DNA of 63,522 nt, filler included, from Platydemus manokwari (Eukaryota): NCBI GenBank assembly GCA_037951405.1. It is 6 parts of 6 records of this genome, joined end to end, with 100 filler letters (N's around TTAATTAATTAA, not from the genome) between each part and the next. Parts side by side here need not be neighbours in the genome. Positions count along the whole stretch, not along the records: positions 13,279 to 25,874 come from JBBMOY010062234.1; positions 25,975 to 35,017 come from JBBMOY011308428.1; 4 more parts are not named here. One strand, written 5' to 3'. Shown in pieces: positions 13,332-27,251 of the stretch. Within the stretch, counting starts at the first letter, position 1. Each line of letters starts with the position of its first letter. A program made the translations under genes and the position numbers. The notes beneath the pieces are model-generated. The model made no database searches. It saw only the letters and a program-made list of their open reading frames with translations, and was not told the DNA's origin.

Positions 13332-16300
13332 CTGAAAATCATATTTAATCTATCTCTTTAGAGACTATAATCAAAGTTCTATTAACTTTTTAATTAAAAT
13401 AATTAAATTTCTTTTTATTTAAGTGTTTATTTGGATCACTACAGAAAATTTGAAAAGCTCGATATAAAATAAACGAGAAACAATGCCGACCAAAACCGTT
13501 ATCAATAAGATTTTATTAATAGATAAGTCCAATATGGAGTAGAGGCTAGATTGAACACTTAAACCACTTGAGCTACCTTTTCATTTAAATTCGTAATTCT
13601 TACGCAGGATTAAAATAAAAGAATTAAAATTAGTAAGAAGTATTGAAACAATTTAATTGATGGTATTAAATCGATCGGATTAAAAATAAACAAAAGATTG
13701 GAAAATAAAATATGTAAAATATATCAAACTATTATTGTTAATGAATCAATACTATCACTGTGAAAGTTTTAAACTGTTGACAAATAATTTTTAATCATTT
13801 TAAATAAAATAAATTAAAAATATTAAAAAAATTGTTTGAATGTTTTGTTTAAATAAGCTCTTGTGTGTTGAAATTTTAAAATTCGCTCTGAATTCATATC
13901 CAGTGGATTAGTAGCAGGTTAACAATTATTATTTTGGCAGAATAATTAACTTAATTAACTCATAAATCAGCACACCTGATATTCTAAAAACTAATGTTGA
14001 TTAAAATCATAAATCTCTTGTAATTAAAAACACATATCTCTTGTAAATAACACCTACAATAGAATTTGAAGTTGCTGCATAGCATAATAATGTTATAATT
14101 AATATAATATAATAGTCATGAAAATACTGAGTAATTTAGGTACAAAATAGGAGAGTTTTGATAAATCTTTGGAGTTGATTTTGTTTGTTATTTTGAGACA
14201 ATCGAATAAATTTTAGTTTTAGCTCTGAATTCATTTGTCATCTTCAGATAATTAAGCATATATCTATCTATTTTGTGATTGTTACTCTGTATCGCAACAT
14301 AATCACGCTTGCTGTTGTTGTTCAAGTATTCAATATTTTCTACACTGATAATTTATCATCAAAATTTAAATAGTCAAGTAATAATTTAAACAAAATATTC
14401 CACAATAAATATGAAAAATGATTTGACAAAAATTGTTTCGATAAACCTCTTTGTCCCTATTGTTCGCATTATTACTGCCAGCATTGTTGTGAGAATTGTA
14501 AAATTATTGATTTCATTCCTGCTTATTAAAAAAAAACATTTACCCACAGCAATCTTTAAAAATAATATTGATTTATATGTTGTGAATTTGTGTGCTAAAA
14601 ATTATTTCTCTACACCGCAGAATTTCTCAAAGACTGATTTCAAGACATTCTGAAAAACATTAACTCTTCTGTATTTTTAGTGTGTGTATGTGTGCGTGTA
14701 AAAACATTTGAATATTTTAATAAAACAAAAAATTCAAAAAATTAGATATTTTTCATTATTTTTATAAGCAAATAATATAATGAAATTGATGATCATTTTA
14801 TTATTGAATTTTATTGATTTTTATTTGGGTCTAAATATTCATGAATATGATAATATTAATTTCGTGTTTTTCTATTTAAATAAAATATTTAAAAAATATT
14901 TGAAAGGATTATTCATTCATTGAGATGAACAAAAAAATATTCTTATAAATTAGAGCGATATTGAAAATTCTTTTCTTTTATCATGTTCAGGTTTTGTTTA
15001 ATTTTAATTCTGGATTTTCTTTGAAGAAACCAACAAGATCAATCCAGTGAAAAATTGTCAATAGCAGTGAAAGATATTTATTTCCTATAAATTAGAGTTA
15101 GATAATATCAGATGTATATATGCTTGTGACATGGTAGTGAAAGGCAGATCTTTTCGGAGATGTCAGATTCAACAGACCCAGATAACAATAAAAATTATGA
15201 GGATCAATTATTTCATTTCATTTATAATGGATCGTCGTTCTTTTATAGAATATTATAGCTCATTAATAATGATAGTTGAAAGCATTTCAATCATTAACGA
15301 TGTTAGTTGAACTAGTATAATTTCTATAGCTATGCATTTTTAGATATATACAGTGACTTCGAAAATAATGAGAAGAGACATTAATATCAATGATATAATG
15401 ATTTTTATGAAATGATCTGGTATTATAAAAGAGCATACATGGTTTATTATTGATAGATTATGAGGAATGTTGTTTTTTTGTAGGACATTATAGATTCATT
15501 GATAATAATGAATAATTTAATGATTCGTTTTGCTACTAATATAAATCGAGGATGAATGATAAAGTTTTAATTCGGAATTACAAAATTATTTAAAAACTAA
15601 ATTGTCAAACAATCACGGATCGGAACTACATTTATAATGATTAAATAAAAACTCAATACACAGTGAGATTAACAACCACAAAGACTACTTGCTAGAAAAT
15701 CACCTAAAAGTCACAACAACTAACAGTTATCGACTAAGGAAGACCGGCGGATGGTCTCAAGATCCAATTCCTGATATAGGTTTATCATTTGTGCTCACTT
15801 GATGTCTCAAAAATTTACTTTTCAATAGACAAGGCCGTTTACACGTCTGTGTATTGGAAAATTTTTGTATCTCTCGTTCCATTGGCAAATCTCAATGTTT
15901 GTTGTTGGTGTGCGCTAATTGATTAACAAGTTTTATATATGAATTGATATATAGAAAGCGTCTGATTGGATATTATTAACATTTCTGAATATAACCAGTG
16001 TCATCATCATTAACAGATAAAGTAATTGATTATCTAGTTATTGCTTTGTTATTGTCATATTTTATTCAAACACTAGTGCTAGCAGGAAATCGTTAAATAA
16101 GTAAATATGAGGTATTACATTTATCAAATTTACTTAAATAAAATTCGATATTAATGCCGTTCAAACAGTCGTCACAGTGTTGTTAGAGGCTAAAAAAGAA
16201 GATATTGCGGTACCTGAGACATTACCAGGATTCTTGAGTCTGATTAAATTAACATTAACACAAAAATATTAAGTTTCTCGTTTCACCTCAAATAGCTAAT

Positions 16301-16659
16301 GTTGATAACAAAAATAATCTATAAGCCCCAAACATAACATTTAAATATGAGGATAAACTATTGAAAATAGAAACATATTCATTTTGAATTTATAGCCTTT
16401 AATGGTTTAAAAATTAGAAATGAAAATTTTTCAACGATAAAATATTTACTTGTGAGTAAAAAATGAAGGGATATCAATGTGAGGTTTTAAGTGATAAAGT
16501 AGTTGATGTAAGGGTTTTTACCTCATTAATATTACACGAGTCACCATCTATAGTTGTGATTTGATAGATAGTGAATTTTGGTAAGAATAAAATCAAAATC
16601 ATTGTAAAACAATTGAAAAATAAAAAACCAAGCAATAAATTCAATTGGAACTTAAGAAA

Positions 16660-16900
16660 TAATACATCGAATCAAAATGTGATACACAAATTACACGCAG
16701 ATCTCAAATATAAATGCTGATGTAAAGATTTCCAACTGCCAGTTGAAAACCAAGTTTTATGTTATTGTTTTATATTGATTTGTGGGTTATTTTTGAGTTT
16801 TACGACTATTTTGATACGTACTGGCTGGCACCTTTTAGTTAAATACACATTTCAAGCTTCGATTCTTTTGATCCCCAAGACAATGTATTTCGAATAAACA
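16660..16900. repeat. Degenerate dispersed repeat, copy 2; related to 4830-5090
   Basis: Same collinear blocks as the copy at 4830-5090. Confidence 0.65.
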
Positions 16901-17245
16901 AATTCCATCAGCTCTGTTAATTTCTAAATACTTTTTAAATCTTAATACATTTTTAATTCTCATTATATACAAGGGTTTTGATGATTTGACGGTTAAACGC
17001 TTGGAATTCCAAATTTTAGTTAATCTTTTGATCGATATTGTAGTAATTAATATTCTGAGAAGATCTCGAAACAACTATTTCATGATTCACCTGCTGGCAA
17101 ATTCAAATCCACAGCAATTTCATTGTCATTTATCACTTGTTTTCATTCATTTGGCTTTATTTAAGAATATTTTCTCCAATAACTCACCTTTTTTGATCCC
17201 CGTATTATTTTAATATTAAAAATTTTGCATAAACTATAAAACATC

Positions 17246-17909
17246 TTAAATAATCTTTTGTTTCTGTTGAACCTATAGTAAATTCATATTATTTTATAAT
17301 TTAAATTTATATTTACAAAATAATCCATGGGACATTAAAATTAATCAATATACTTGAAATGCCAGCCAAGCTAGTAAATTGATTTTCCATTTTATAAATA
17401 CCCCTATATAGCCTATTAATCTAATAATAATCGAAAAACACACATGCATTTAATTATTATTATTTATTATTCTTTAAATAATATTTCATATTAATTTTTA
17501 CTTGATTCAAACGATCGATAGTTTTATCCACAATTTTTTTCACTTCATCAGAAAGATTTGAATATTTAGTACGCCATTTATTGAGATTTCGAACTAAATC
17601 AGTAAGTTCTATTAGAATAGAATTTAATTTATTTAGTCGATTAAATCGAGTTCTTTGAGCAAGAGTTGGTTTGGGATTATCTAAATCAATCTGAATAATT
17701 GTTTTTAAAAAATATCAAAATATATAATAAATACAAACTTGTTTTTGCATTGATACCAAATAATGTTTCTTTACAGTTTTGGAAACTTCATCTAGATTTA
17801 AACATATTTTTTCAAGAGGATCAATTAACTCCTTTCCGGGTTTATTGACTAATATAGCTGGTTTCTGCTTTTTCTCTTCTTCAAAAATGACAGGATTTGG
17901 TGTAGCCAT
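17246..17909 (-). CDS. Small helical/coiled-coil protein (~130 aa), three exons
   Basis: ATG at 17909. Exons 17909-17739, 17690-17502 (48-nt GT-AG intron) and probable 17272-17246 (TAA); read-through to TAA at 17460 is the alternative end. MATPNPVIFEEEKK...MQKQ|IDLDNPKPTLAQRTRFNRLNKLNSILIELTDLVRNLNKWRTKYSNLSDEVKKIVDKTIDRLNQ. Confidence 0.7.
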
Positions 17910-18246
17910 TCTTTGTTTCACTGATCGATCAACTTTCTATTTTTCAACTGAATTTTTCTGTTATTTATGCACCACATGTTTGCACAGGTTATTTAGAATT
18001 ATTATTGACAAATTAAAATAATCCATTGAATAGTTAGGTTGCTAGGTTTAGTGAGTATGCTAATTTAATTTAACATGGAAAATGAAAAATTGATTATTTT
18101 TAATATCATTCATTATTAGCTTACGAAAAAGTTTTGAACCGATTTGTTTTATTAAACTTTATAATTGAATCAAAATTAAAATTCGATATTCAAATTGAAG
18201 TTAAGTTAATTAAATAAAATTAAAATAGTGATTAAATTTTTATATT
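17910..18246. promoter_or_regulatory. Probable bidirectional promoter
   Basis: 337 nt between two divergent start codons (17909 - and 18247 +). Confidence 0.45.
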
Positions 18247-19252
18247 ATGAATCATATACGTCGAGATGAATTGGAGAAAATTAAAAGACGTCGTAAACGC
18301 AAATCGAATTATTTAAATCAATCATCTACATCAAGAACTTTTGATGCATTTAACAAGCATATTGAAGTTACAAAATCTATTATAGAGAATGCAAGATTTC
18401 AAAAATGTTCTTCTAATTTGGATTTAGCTAAAAAACCACTGAAATTAACACTTGGAATATTTGATAATGCGATTTGTTCACGAGTATGTTTAAAAAGAAT
18501 TAAATTGTTTATAAATTTATTAAGAATATTGATGACATTTTGAAGCCAATTGAAGTGAATAAATTATCCAACATGGATAAAATAATTCAATCGACAAATA
18601 ATGATGACAGCTTGGATAGAGATGAGATGAATATTGAACAAATAATAAATGATCTATCCAATCAATGTTGTCAACAATTGAATATTGATCAGTTCACTCT
18701 TTATGGTGTGGATAAATTGGATAATTTACGTGTTGCTAAGGCGGAATCTAAAAGAAATAATCGACTTTCTCTGTTATATTATGTGAGAATATAATTAATT
18801 GCATGTAAAATGATTGAGAATCGTTGATGCAGAACGGGTGTGATGCAGCCAACCCTCATAAATATGTGCCACGAAAACAGCTGGACAATGACACGCGCTA
18901 TCCTCATCAAACATTGAACATCAAACATGATATCGTGACGATGCCAAATGAATATTTTGGGTCCCTGTCAGCATCAACATCCATATCGAGACCAGCTCAA
19001 ACATTCTCACAACAAACATCAATCTTTGATCAATTGCCATCCTTCAATAGATGTCCAGCTGCGCAATATCATCATCATCATCGTCATCATCATCAACGAT
19101 TTGATGCCGTCCATCCTTTGTGGGACACACCAGATGAGTTGAGAACGTCTTGTCCGACATCGTTTACTGATCGAGAAGTGCTCGATAAAACATTATCGGA
19201 AATGAATGAAACGAGATTCGGGTCGCTATGGAAACTTAGTGACAGTCAATAA
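18247..19252 (+). CDS. Three-exon gene, ~304 aa, basic NLS-like N-terminus and His-rich disordered C-terminus; function unknown
   Basis: Exons 18247-18483, 18525-18782 and 18833-19252. The 41-nt and 50-nt phase-0 GT-AG introns join three ORFs of the track into one frame. Contains KRRRKRK and LTLGIFDNAICSRNIDDIL. Confidence 0.8.
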
Positions 19253-21199
19253 TGGATTTATGATTTGTTTTAATGAAATGAATTAATAAATTTTAAAATT
19301 GTTTTATGATCTATCAATTAAAACAAATAAATGATTTTTTGTTTAAATATTAAAAAAATTATTAGACATCATTATTGGAAATATTAAAAGAATTCCAAAA
19401 TAACAGCGCTACTCTCAAATATAATATCAATCCCATATATCTCTCATGTCAATCCATGAATGAAATCTGATTTTCATTTTCACTCCCAATTTGAATGATT
19501 TGAAAATTATGATTTTTTCTTGTCAATCTATACGAAATCGACTGCTTTTCTGCATCTTTTAGTTTTATCAATACATATATGATTACTCATGTCACTTTAT
19601 AATTTTGTTGGAGAAATAGGAATGACTGCACTTGTGAGGAAAATTTAAAAGAACAAATTTAATAATAATTTTAAAATATATAATACATTTTACATCTTAG
19701 TCATTTATTTAAAATTTAATATTATATATAATACGCTTAGTTAAGATTTGCTAATAAAATAAGCTCTCTGGAAAAATATTTTTATTTGATTTAAAAATGT
19801 TTAACTTGTTTTGAATAATAAAATTTACGAAAGTCTTCTGAAAGAATTCTTCTAATGAATCACAAATTTTAAGCGACGTAGGTATCAGTAACATTATTAT
19901 CGTTGACATATGAATACAATAATATAATTCATATTTAACAGAATGATTAAATAATGGTCAAGCAAAACGTTTTTAGGCTGCAGAAGTAATCTACAAGAAC
20001 CTACATATGCAGCATCGGAAAATGTATAATGAAGTAAACTAGAATCACTTTTTAAATATTGATGATAAAATAAAGAACATGGAAATCAATTTGATTGACA
20101 CTATATATCTCTGGGATCATTTGGATTTAGGGATGAGAGATCTAGATCGAGAATAATCCAACGAAACTAATTGAATATGCCAGATAATGTCAATAACGTG
20201 TTTATCTAGGTGATTGTTATTAGCTTTAAACATTTGTATTTTATCTATGTGTCGGATTTTGGGGCTCATCAATTTTATCCAACAAATGAGCTTGATTAAG
20301 GCTAATCTAATGTAAATTCAAATGTACCATCTCGATGTATCGGTATATTTAACAAATAAATCAAAAGACAAAGATTTTTATATAGAATAATCCACCATTG
20401 AAATCAAAACAAAGTGTACAATTATTCTAATATTTTACAAAAATTAAAAAATTAAATAAATTTAATTAATTATCGGACACACACATTTTATATTACAATT
20501 ATCCAAACGAAATATTTTAACTCCAATGATTTTATGGTTGAGAGTGAAAATTCCCGATATATATAGGAATATTTTAAATTTAGAGATTGAAAAATATATA
20601 TCAAACAATCAACGTTCGTTAATTCGAACTTTAGATATTTGTCTTCCTTTTTATAATACCAAGTACTACCAAAGATTCCATAATCGATTTTTATGGGTTC
20701 TTCTAAGCTTGTTACTCCTGCTACGCTATTGTCGGATAATCCAAGTCAGTTTCTTTTCTTAGAATTCCTGATTTCAGGTTTTCTCTTGACGAAGTTTTAT
20801 GTCGAGATTTTCATGAGCGAAAATTTCTAGTTTTTGCAATCTATTTATACTATTTTTGAAGTGGAAATTCTACTTAAGAAACTTAAAATATTTTTATTTT
20901 TCAAATTTGATTTAAAAATTAATTTTATTTTTTATTAAAATTCATTCGATGTATTTTATGAATTTGTTGGGTTTTGGAAAATAACTTTATTTTGTTTAGG
21001 AGATATGACTCCGTATTCATTTTTGTGTATGAACTTTTTATGGTTACCATGTAAATATTCTGTGTATATTCGTAGTAATTTTTATTATTAATAATACCTT
21101 TTTATCTTATTTATTTTTCTATCTGGAGAAATTTCTTAAATATTTATTATAATAAAATAAAACTAAAATTTAAATAACTTTGAAAAGTAAAAGTTATAA

Positions 21200-22317
21200 T
21201 TATAGAACCGATTATTGAAAATATAATTAAACCCGAAAATTAACCTATATTTTAAATCCCGTAATTAAAAAATACCTAAATATTCAAATTACCCCTATAA
21301 AATAAATAACCCTTATTTAAATTGGTTAGAAATTGGCTGGCAACTAAAATAAACATCAATATAAATAAATCCCTTTTGTTAAAAAAATAATAAACACCGT
21401 TTTCCACCCGCATATTAAAATGACAACCCGTATTAAATAAAAATTCATTCAAAATAAATTAAAAAGAACCCGCATTCTAACCAAAATTCAGTCCAAATAA
21501 AGACCCGTATAAATAGGCCTTTAAAATTAATAGTCTTGCCCGAAGCTGACAGAAACCAGCAGCATAGTGTGCCCGTCATTAAAAATCAACTATTCAAATT
21601 CTTTGCCAAAGAAAGCCAAAAGCCAATTTCCCTTGTATCAATCATATGCCCAGTTCATCCGGAAGATCAATTTAAATATTGATATTCGAACTGATTGATG
21701 GAATACCGAAGATTAAGGAGTTAACCGTAAGATACGATTCTTGTAAAATCATTATCAATTTAAATTTGAATCGCATATTCTTCCTATTTATTGGGTTAAT
21801 CCCAACCATCTTGAATAATCAGTTCTGCTCCTCTTGGGAGCATTGTTAACCAGAACTTTTGTCCAGAATTGTAAATCTCTGTCCGTTTCAGTGTATACAA
21901 GTATTGTTCATATTTAATCATAAATCGTTGTAAAAAAGTAGTAATTCATAGCCATAATTGTAATATAAAAGTAGTAATTTATATTGTAATTTATATTGCC
22001 CTACTTATCATTTCATTGTTCGTAAAGAATCATTGTATTGTCAATTCACCACCTTTTGAGAAGGGTGTAAGGAGGAAAATAATAGTAATAATAAATTGAG
22101 ACTGATCAATAAGAAAGCAATATCAGTGAGCCGTTCATCCGGTCTTCATATGATGATTGATATGATCAAGGCGAAGGAAGATCATACAAAAATAGGTTTA
22201 GTAGATACCTGGGGTTATAAGAACTCTGTGAGACTGATTAAACTTTGATATTGCCCAAAGAAAATTTAAATATCATAAATAAAAAAATTGAAAAGAGACT
22301 GACCCCAAAATCTTACA
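21200..22317 (+). mobile_element. Diverged solo/3' LTR remnant related to the 3' part of the giant LTR at 45100-46105 (left edge approximate)
   Basis: CGTATAAATAG TATA block (~21506, as at ~45278). AATAGGTTTAGTAGATACCTGGGGTTATAAGAACTCTGTGAGACTGATTAA matches the MITE-free 45778-46022 sequence. Three GAGACTGA boxes. Ends CCCAAAATCTTACA (compare CCCAAAACGCAAACA) with no PBS after it. Confidence 0.6.
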
Positions 22318-24270
22318 ATTTTAGAAAATTTACTCTATTTATTTTATTAAATTCTATAATTTAAGAAAATTCCAATGAATTTATTTTAGTGAATCTTTAA
22401 TAATTGATTTTCGTCCGCCTATTATGCGGTCGTCGCATAAGGTCTCATGTGTCACTGAAGACTTAAAAGTGGTTGGGCCTGATGTTCTAGTAACCACATG
22501 TTGTATCTGTGTTTAGGTTAAGTTTGATAGTTAATTAAAGGTGTTAAAGATTACTGGGTTGTATTATAGTAATAATAAGCTCAAACTACAAATGTGCAAT
22601 TTGTAAAAAGATATAAATTAATATTGTAGTTTTAAATAACGTTAAATAGATTCCCAAATGTATTCACCTTAGTTCTTCAACTTATCTGGACTCCAAACAG
22701 ATAAGTGGTTGTTGTCGCTTAATCGCTCGTTTATAATAAAAAAATAATATTTAAATATATAGAATGATAAAATAAAATACAGTGCAAAATTAGAACAAAA
22801 TAAAATATATTAATCGACAATTAAAAATCTGAATACAATCAATTTAAAATACTAAAGGCGGTGTTCGCTATTGTCGGAGCAAAGAGTATTAGTCAAGTAA
22901 ACAGTAAAGGGCGTATCACTTAGGTGCTCGGGTAAGCCTTTCGTGACAAAATGAAAGGTGGGAAACTTTGAAGTAGAATTAATATGATTTTAGCAGACCT
23001 CAAGGCTAAAACTAGCCGAGGATAGAAAATTAATTGAGCAGTTAAAAAATTTACTTGTGGAATACATCATTAAAATCTTCAAATCAGCATTGGCATGCAA
23101 AAATATCTTCAGAATGGTAAAATCTGCTGATCAGAATCGAATTAAATAACTTCTTTAAATTGTAAATAAGTCAATTCGAAGTGACTTGTGCGATGATTGT
23201 TTGTTACTGCAAGTACTTATATTATTTTGTGTCTTATTATGAGATACGTATCTTGTTGCTATTTTCGGTATCATTCTATGCTTAGTAGCATATGTTACTA
23301 ATCTTAGCATATGTACAGCATATGTTACTATTTTTAGTTTTAGTGCTTATTTTTAGCAATTAATGTGGTTATTACTGTTTTTATGTACATGGTCGGTTCT
23401 ATTTTTAGATTCCAATGCGATTTTTTCCTAATGACCTTAGTGTCAATTAGTTTTGATGTGGTAAAACAAATTTTAAAAATTTATGAATATTTTTGTGAAT
23501 TTTGGCCTTATTATTTTCTTTAATTTGAGACTTATTTTTTAAAATTTTCATATTGATTTGTTTATTTTTCGGTTATTTTGGTTGGGTCAAAATGGCGTAG
23601 TTAGTTCTCCATAAAGGGTAGTTGGGTGCAAGCCAAATAAATTATTGATGTCGGTAGAAAAGGTAATTGTATTGATATAAAAGATGGAACTCTTTCTTTT
23701 GTCAATATTAGAAAAAATATTAATAATCACCTTATAAAAAAATCAAGAAATCTCATTAATATTAAGGTTGCTAATTTACGGATTTAATTGAATGTTTCAA
23801 AATAGGCCGAATGTTGATGGAGTTATCTACTGTTTTTACTTAAATTATATATAAATATAAATAAATTCTAGAACTCAAAATAAGCTTTAATCATCACAGG
23901 CACCCACAACCCAACAATACTCATCATTATTTTTACATTGAACTTGGCTGAAACTATTTGATACAGAGGCTAAAAATAGATTTATCACTATTTCATCTTT
24001 TTAAACCGGTAATTCAGGTTTTTTAAAATATAATTGTTCAAACAATTTTGAAAATCTTTTAATAAAGAAACCCTTCTAAAATATTGACTGATTAAAGAAA
24101 ATTTGTTTAAAATTATCAATTCTATTTATTTGATCAATATAAAATATTTTAAGTTGAAAAATAATTGTGATGTCCATTGATAAAATTGCAAATGTATATC
24201 CTTTAGTTTATTTTCTTTTTTAGCTATTTTTAAAAATTATATTCATTATTTGAATAAATTACTATTTTAG

Positions 24271-25302
24271 TATGAAAATAGCCACAAACAATCCCATCAA
24301 TATAATGATTATCGTAAAATTCGATTCTCATTACGATTAAGAAATAAAATATTGAAATGTAAAAGTGAATCTTTTAGTAACGTTGAAGCTAATAAATCTG
24401 ACTTTCATTATGATAATGTTAAATTACAAAAGGAATTTTCTAAAAAATTGATTGGTAAAAATGATTTTAAGCGTAAATCAATCAAATGGAAGCAGAAAAA
24501 GAAAACTGCACAATTAATAGGCAACGGTAAGAAAAATATTCTATGCAAAATTTGCCATATCGTTTTACATTCAACGAAATCTTATGAAATTCATAAATGT
24601 CGGCATTTCAAAAAGCTCATATTCCAATGTAAAGATTGCCAGAAAACATTTAAAAATAATTTCTCTCTCATTACTCATATCAAATCATATCATCTCAAGA
24701 TTTCTCCTAAACGACAACAATGTCAGATTTGTGGTAAATTAGTATTGAACCTAGATATTCACATACGACACCATAACAATAAACGATTCCGTTGCGAAAT
24801 ATGTGACAAACGATTCATTACGAATACGTATTATTTGGAACATTTATCAATTCATAACAATATACGCTGTTTCCAATGCCAAATTTGCCAAACAAATTTT
24901 AATCGAAAATGGAATTATCAAATCCATTTGGAAAATCACGAGAGAAGAAAAGATAAAAATGGAAAATATTTACCGTTAAAACCTCGAGGAAAAGGCCATG
25001 TGAAATATAAAGAAAATAAGATTTTATCCACAAGAGAAAATTTAGTGGAAAAGTGGAAAATTGTGGAAAAAAATTCAAGAAGCTCTGATACATCGAATCT
25101 AGGAAGTGGAATTATTTTAGAAGATGAAATATTGATGACGATTCATGGCTGTTTATGGGAAAATCGTGATGAGATGAAAGATAATTCAAATATGCTCGAT
25201 TCAGATAATGAAACATGGTCAAATGTTTTATTGAGTTCAAGAAGTTGCGATACATCTGATTTGGAATATTTTTGCCATTTTATGCTTCAGTTTAATTGTT
25301 GA
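24271..25302 (+). CDS. C2H2 zinc-finger protein, terminal exon (five fingers)
   Basis: Fingers CKIC..HKCRH, CKDC..HIKSYH, CQIC..HIRHH, CEIC..HLSIH and CQIC..HLENH. The frame is open back to a TTTTAG acceptor at 24270. Upstream exon(s) not located. Confidence 0.9.
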   Translation, partial: YENSHKQSHQYNDYRKIRFSLRLRNKILKCKSESFSNVEANKSDFHYDNVKLQKEFSKKLIGKNDFKRKSIKWKQKKKTAQLIGNGKKNILCKICHIVLHSTKSYEIHKCRHFKKLIFQCKDCQKTFKNNFSLITHIKSYHLKISPKRQQCQICGKLVLNLDIHIRHHNNKRFRCEICDKRFITNTYYLEHLSIHNNIRCFQCQICQTNFNRKWNYQIHLENHERRKDKNGKYLPLKPRGKGHVKYKENKILSTRENLVEKWKIVEKNSRSSDTSNLGSGIILEDEILMTIHGCLWENRDEMKDNSNMLDSDNETWSNVLLSSRSCDTSDLEYFCHFMLQFNC

Positions 25303-25974
25303 TATGCTCATGAAAATTTTTATTGTTTTGTTTTGCGTTATTCTCATATTTCGTGAGATTTTTTAATAAATAAATTTAATTCTCTATTTTAATTTTATAT
25401 TAACGCTTTATTTTGCTACCAATTTCTGGTGTATTAAAACAAATGTGTACCATTTAATAATATTAATAAAGATATCATATGTATAATGAATCAATTATTT
25501 GATAGTTTTCTGCGCGTATGGTAAAATATCAAACATGGTGAAACAAACACTGCGAACATAGAATCCTAATAAAGAAAATGAAAGTCAATGAAATGCACAA
25601 GTTAATGATAATATTGGAAAGATTAATTAGAGACATTGTTGTATAAAGGGTAATTATTCGAGAAAGAATGTATATAAGAAAGAAATTTAAAGATGTCACA
25701 ACTATGTAGACCAGGATGGAATGTCTAGAAGCACATACATACATTAAAAATATTACCGTAAATGTAAATTAATAATAGCAGTCCATCACAAACGATGATG
25801 ACAACATCTTTTTTTGTTTGTTGCAGCTGCGTCTAAATCTTGTGTGTACGAAGAGGGCTGAACAATACAATTTGNNNNNNNNNNNNNNNNNNNNNNNNNN
25901 NNNNNNNNNNNNNNNNNNTTAATTAATTAANNNNNNNNNNNNNNNNNNNNNNNNNNNNNNNNNNNNNNNNNNNN

Positions 25975-26044
<70 letters not shown>
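25975..26044. repeat. (AAT)n microsatellite at contig edge
   Basis: Perfect AAT run next to a gap. Confidence 0.95.
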
Positions 26045-26051
<7 letters not shown>

Positions 26052-26561
26052 TAACCACTCAAGAAATCCGATTTTTATTTTTATTGTGAATTTTCTGAAA
26101 TCAACATTAATGACAAACTCAAAGTACACGGACAATCTCGATAGATATCGTATTAAAATGGACTCCAGTGTGATAATTTTGATAATTATACTATGCACAA
26201 GATAAAATTCAAACAGATCATAGACTCGTTTAATTATTTATTACAATACATTAAAAAGAATTCATTAATCATAATATGTATTAATAAATTATAATGCAAC
26301 GTTTTCCTAAGGCAAAATAATCGGTATAAGCAATAATAATATTCATAACTATCCCGGGGAGGACTAATTATTTATCGATCGATTATTTATCAAGAAATTG
26401 TCAATAATCAAGTTATGAATTGAGATTTAAAATATTTTTACCTCCTCCACCACCCCACAACTATAAAAACTCATAAAAATACTTCACCATACTCATTCAA
26501 TAAAACATTATTTCGACAATAAATTTCTTAGACATGATGAAAAATGTAAGAATACTTTCTC

Positions 26562-26756
26562 TCATTCAACGGAGTCTTTGGAAAAGAGTTCATCATAAAC
26601 GACTAAATCGATCATATGTTTAAGGATTTTGGACTGTGAGATGGATTCGACAATATCAGAAATCAAAACAGAGACATTAATTATGATAGCAATCAGAGAG
26701 ATTGAAGAAACGACAAGAGAAAGAAATATGATTTCAGTCACGGTAATATTTGATAC
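26562..26756 (-). CDS. Candidate terminal exon of a membrane protein
   Basis: TACAG acceptor followed by VSNITVTEIIFLSLVVSSISLIAIIINVSVLISDIVESISQSKILKHMIDLVVYDELFSKDSVE* with one hydrophobic segment. Upstream exons not found. Confidence 0.3.
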   Translation of the reverse strand, partial: VSNITVTEIIFLSLVVSSISLIAIIINVSVLISDIVESISQSKILKHMIDLVVYDELFSKDSVE

Positions 26757-27251
26757 CTGTATGACAGTTTTGAGTCATAAAATCGAAACAACGTGTGGTA
26801 TTATTTGTTTTTATCACTATGGTTTTTGTTTCTCGTTCAAGAAACCAATTTTAGAAATATGGGGGAATGTTTTTTTGCATTTTCTGATTATTTATGAAAT
26901 AATAACAGTAATTTCATGGTTAATTATTATAAAATCATGATTTTTTGAAAAAGTAATTATTTTGTTTTAATATTAATCATAAATAAACCCCAAAAAATCT
27001 GATTTTGTAATTATGGTTTATCGAAATGCTATTGGTAGATTTTCCAACCAATCAAATCGAATTCTTGACTTTAAATCGCATCAATATCAGAGAACCGATA
27101 AAAATCTATCTATTTATTAAATTATGTTCCTCAAATTAAAATTTACATACTCATATTGAAAAATATCGACCAAAAAATCACCAATAAATGAATTAATCAC
27201 GTAAATTAAGAATTACTGTTTGAATTGACTGGTCTTTCTTTTGTCTGCATA

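Noticed and set aside
25529-25874. Minus-strand hydrophobic ORF and a possible terminal exon ending KKRCCHHRL
   Set aside because: Cut by a gap; frame and splice sites cannot be established.
25923-26198. Poly-Leu ORF and the X-containing ORFs at 54769-55029
   Set aside because: Artefacts of the AAT repeat and N gaps.
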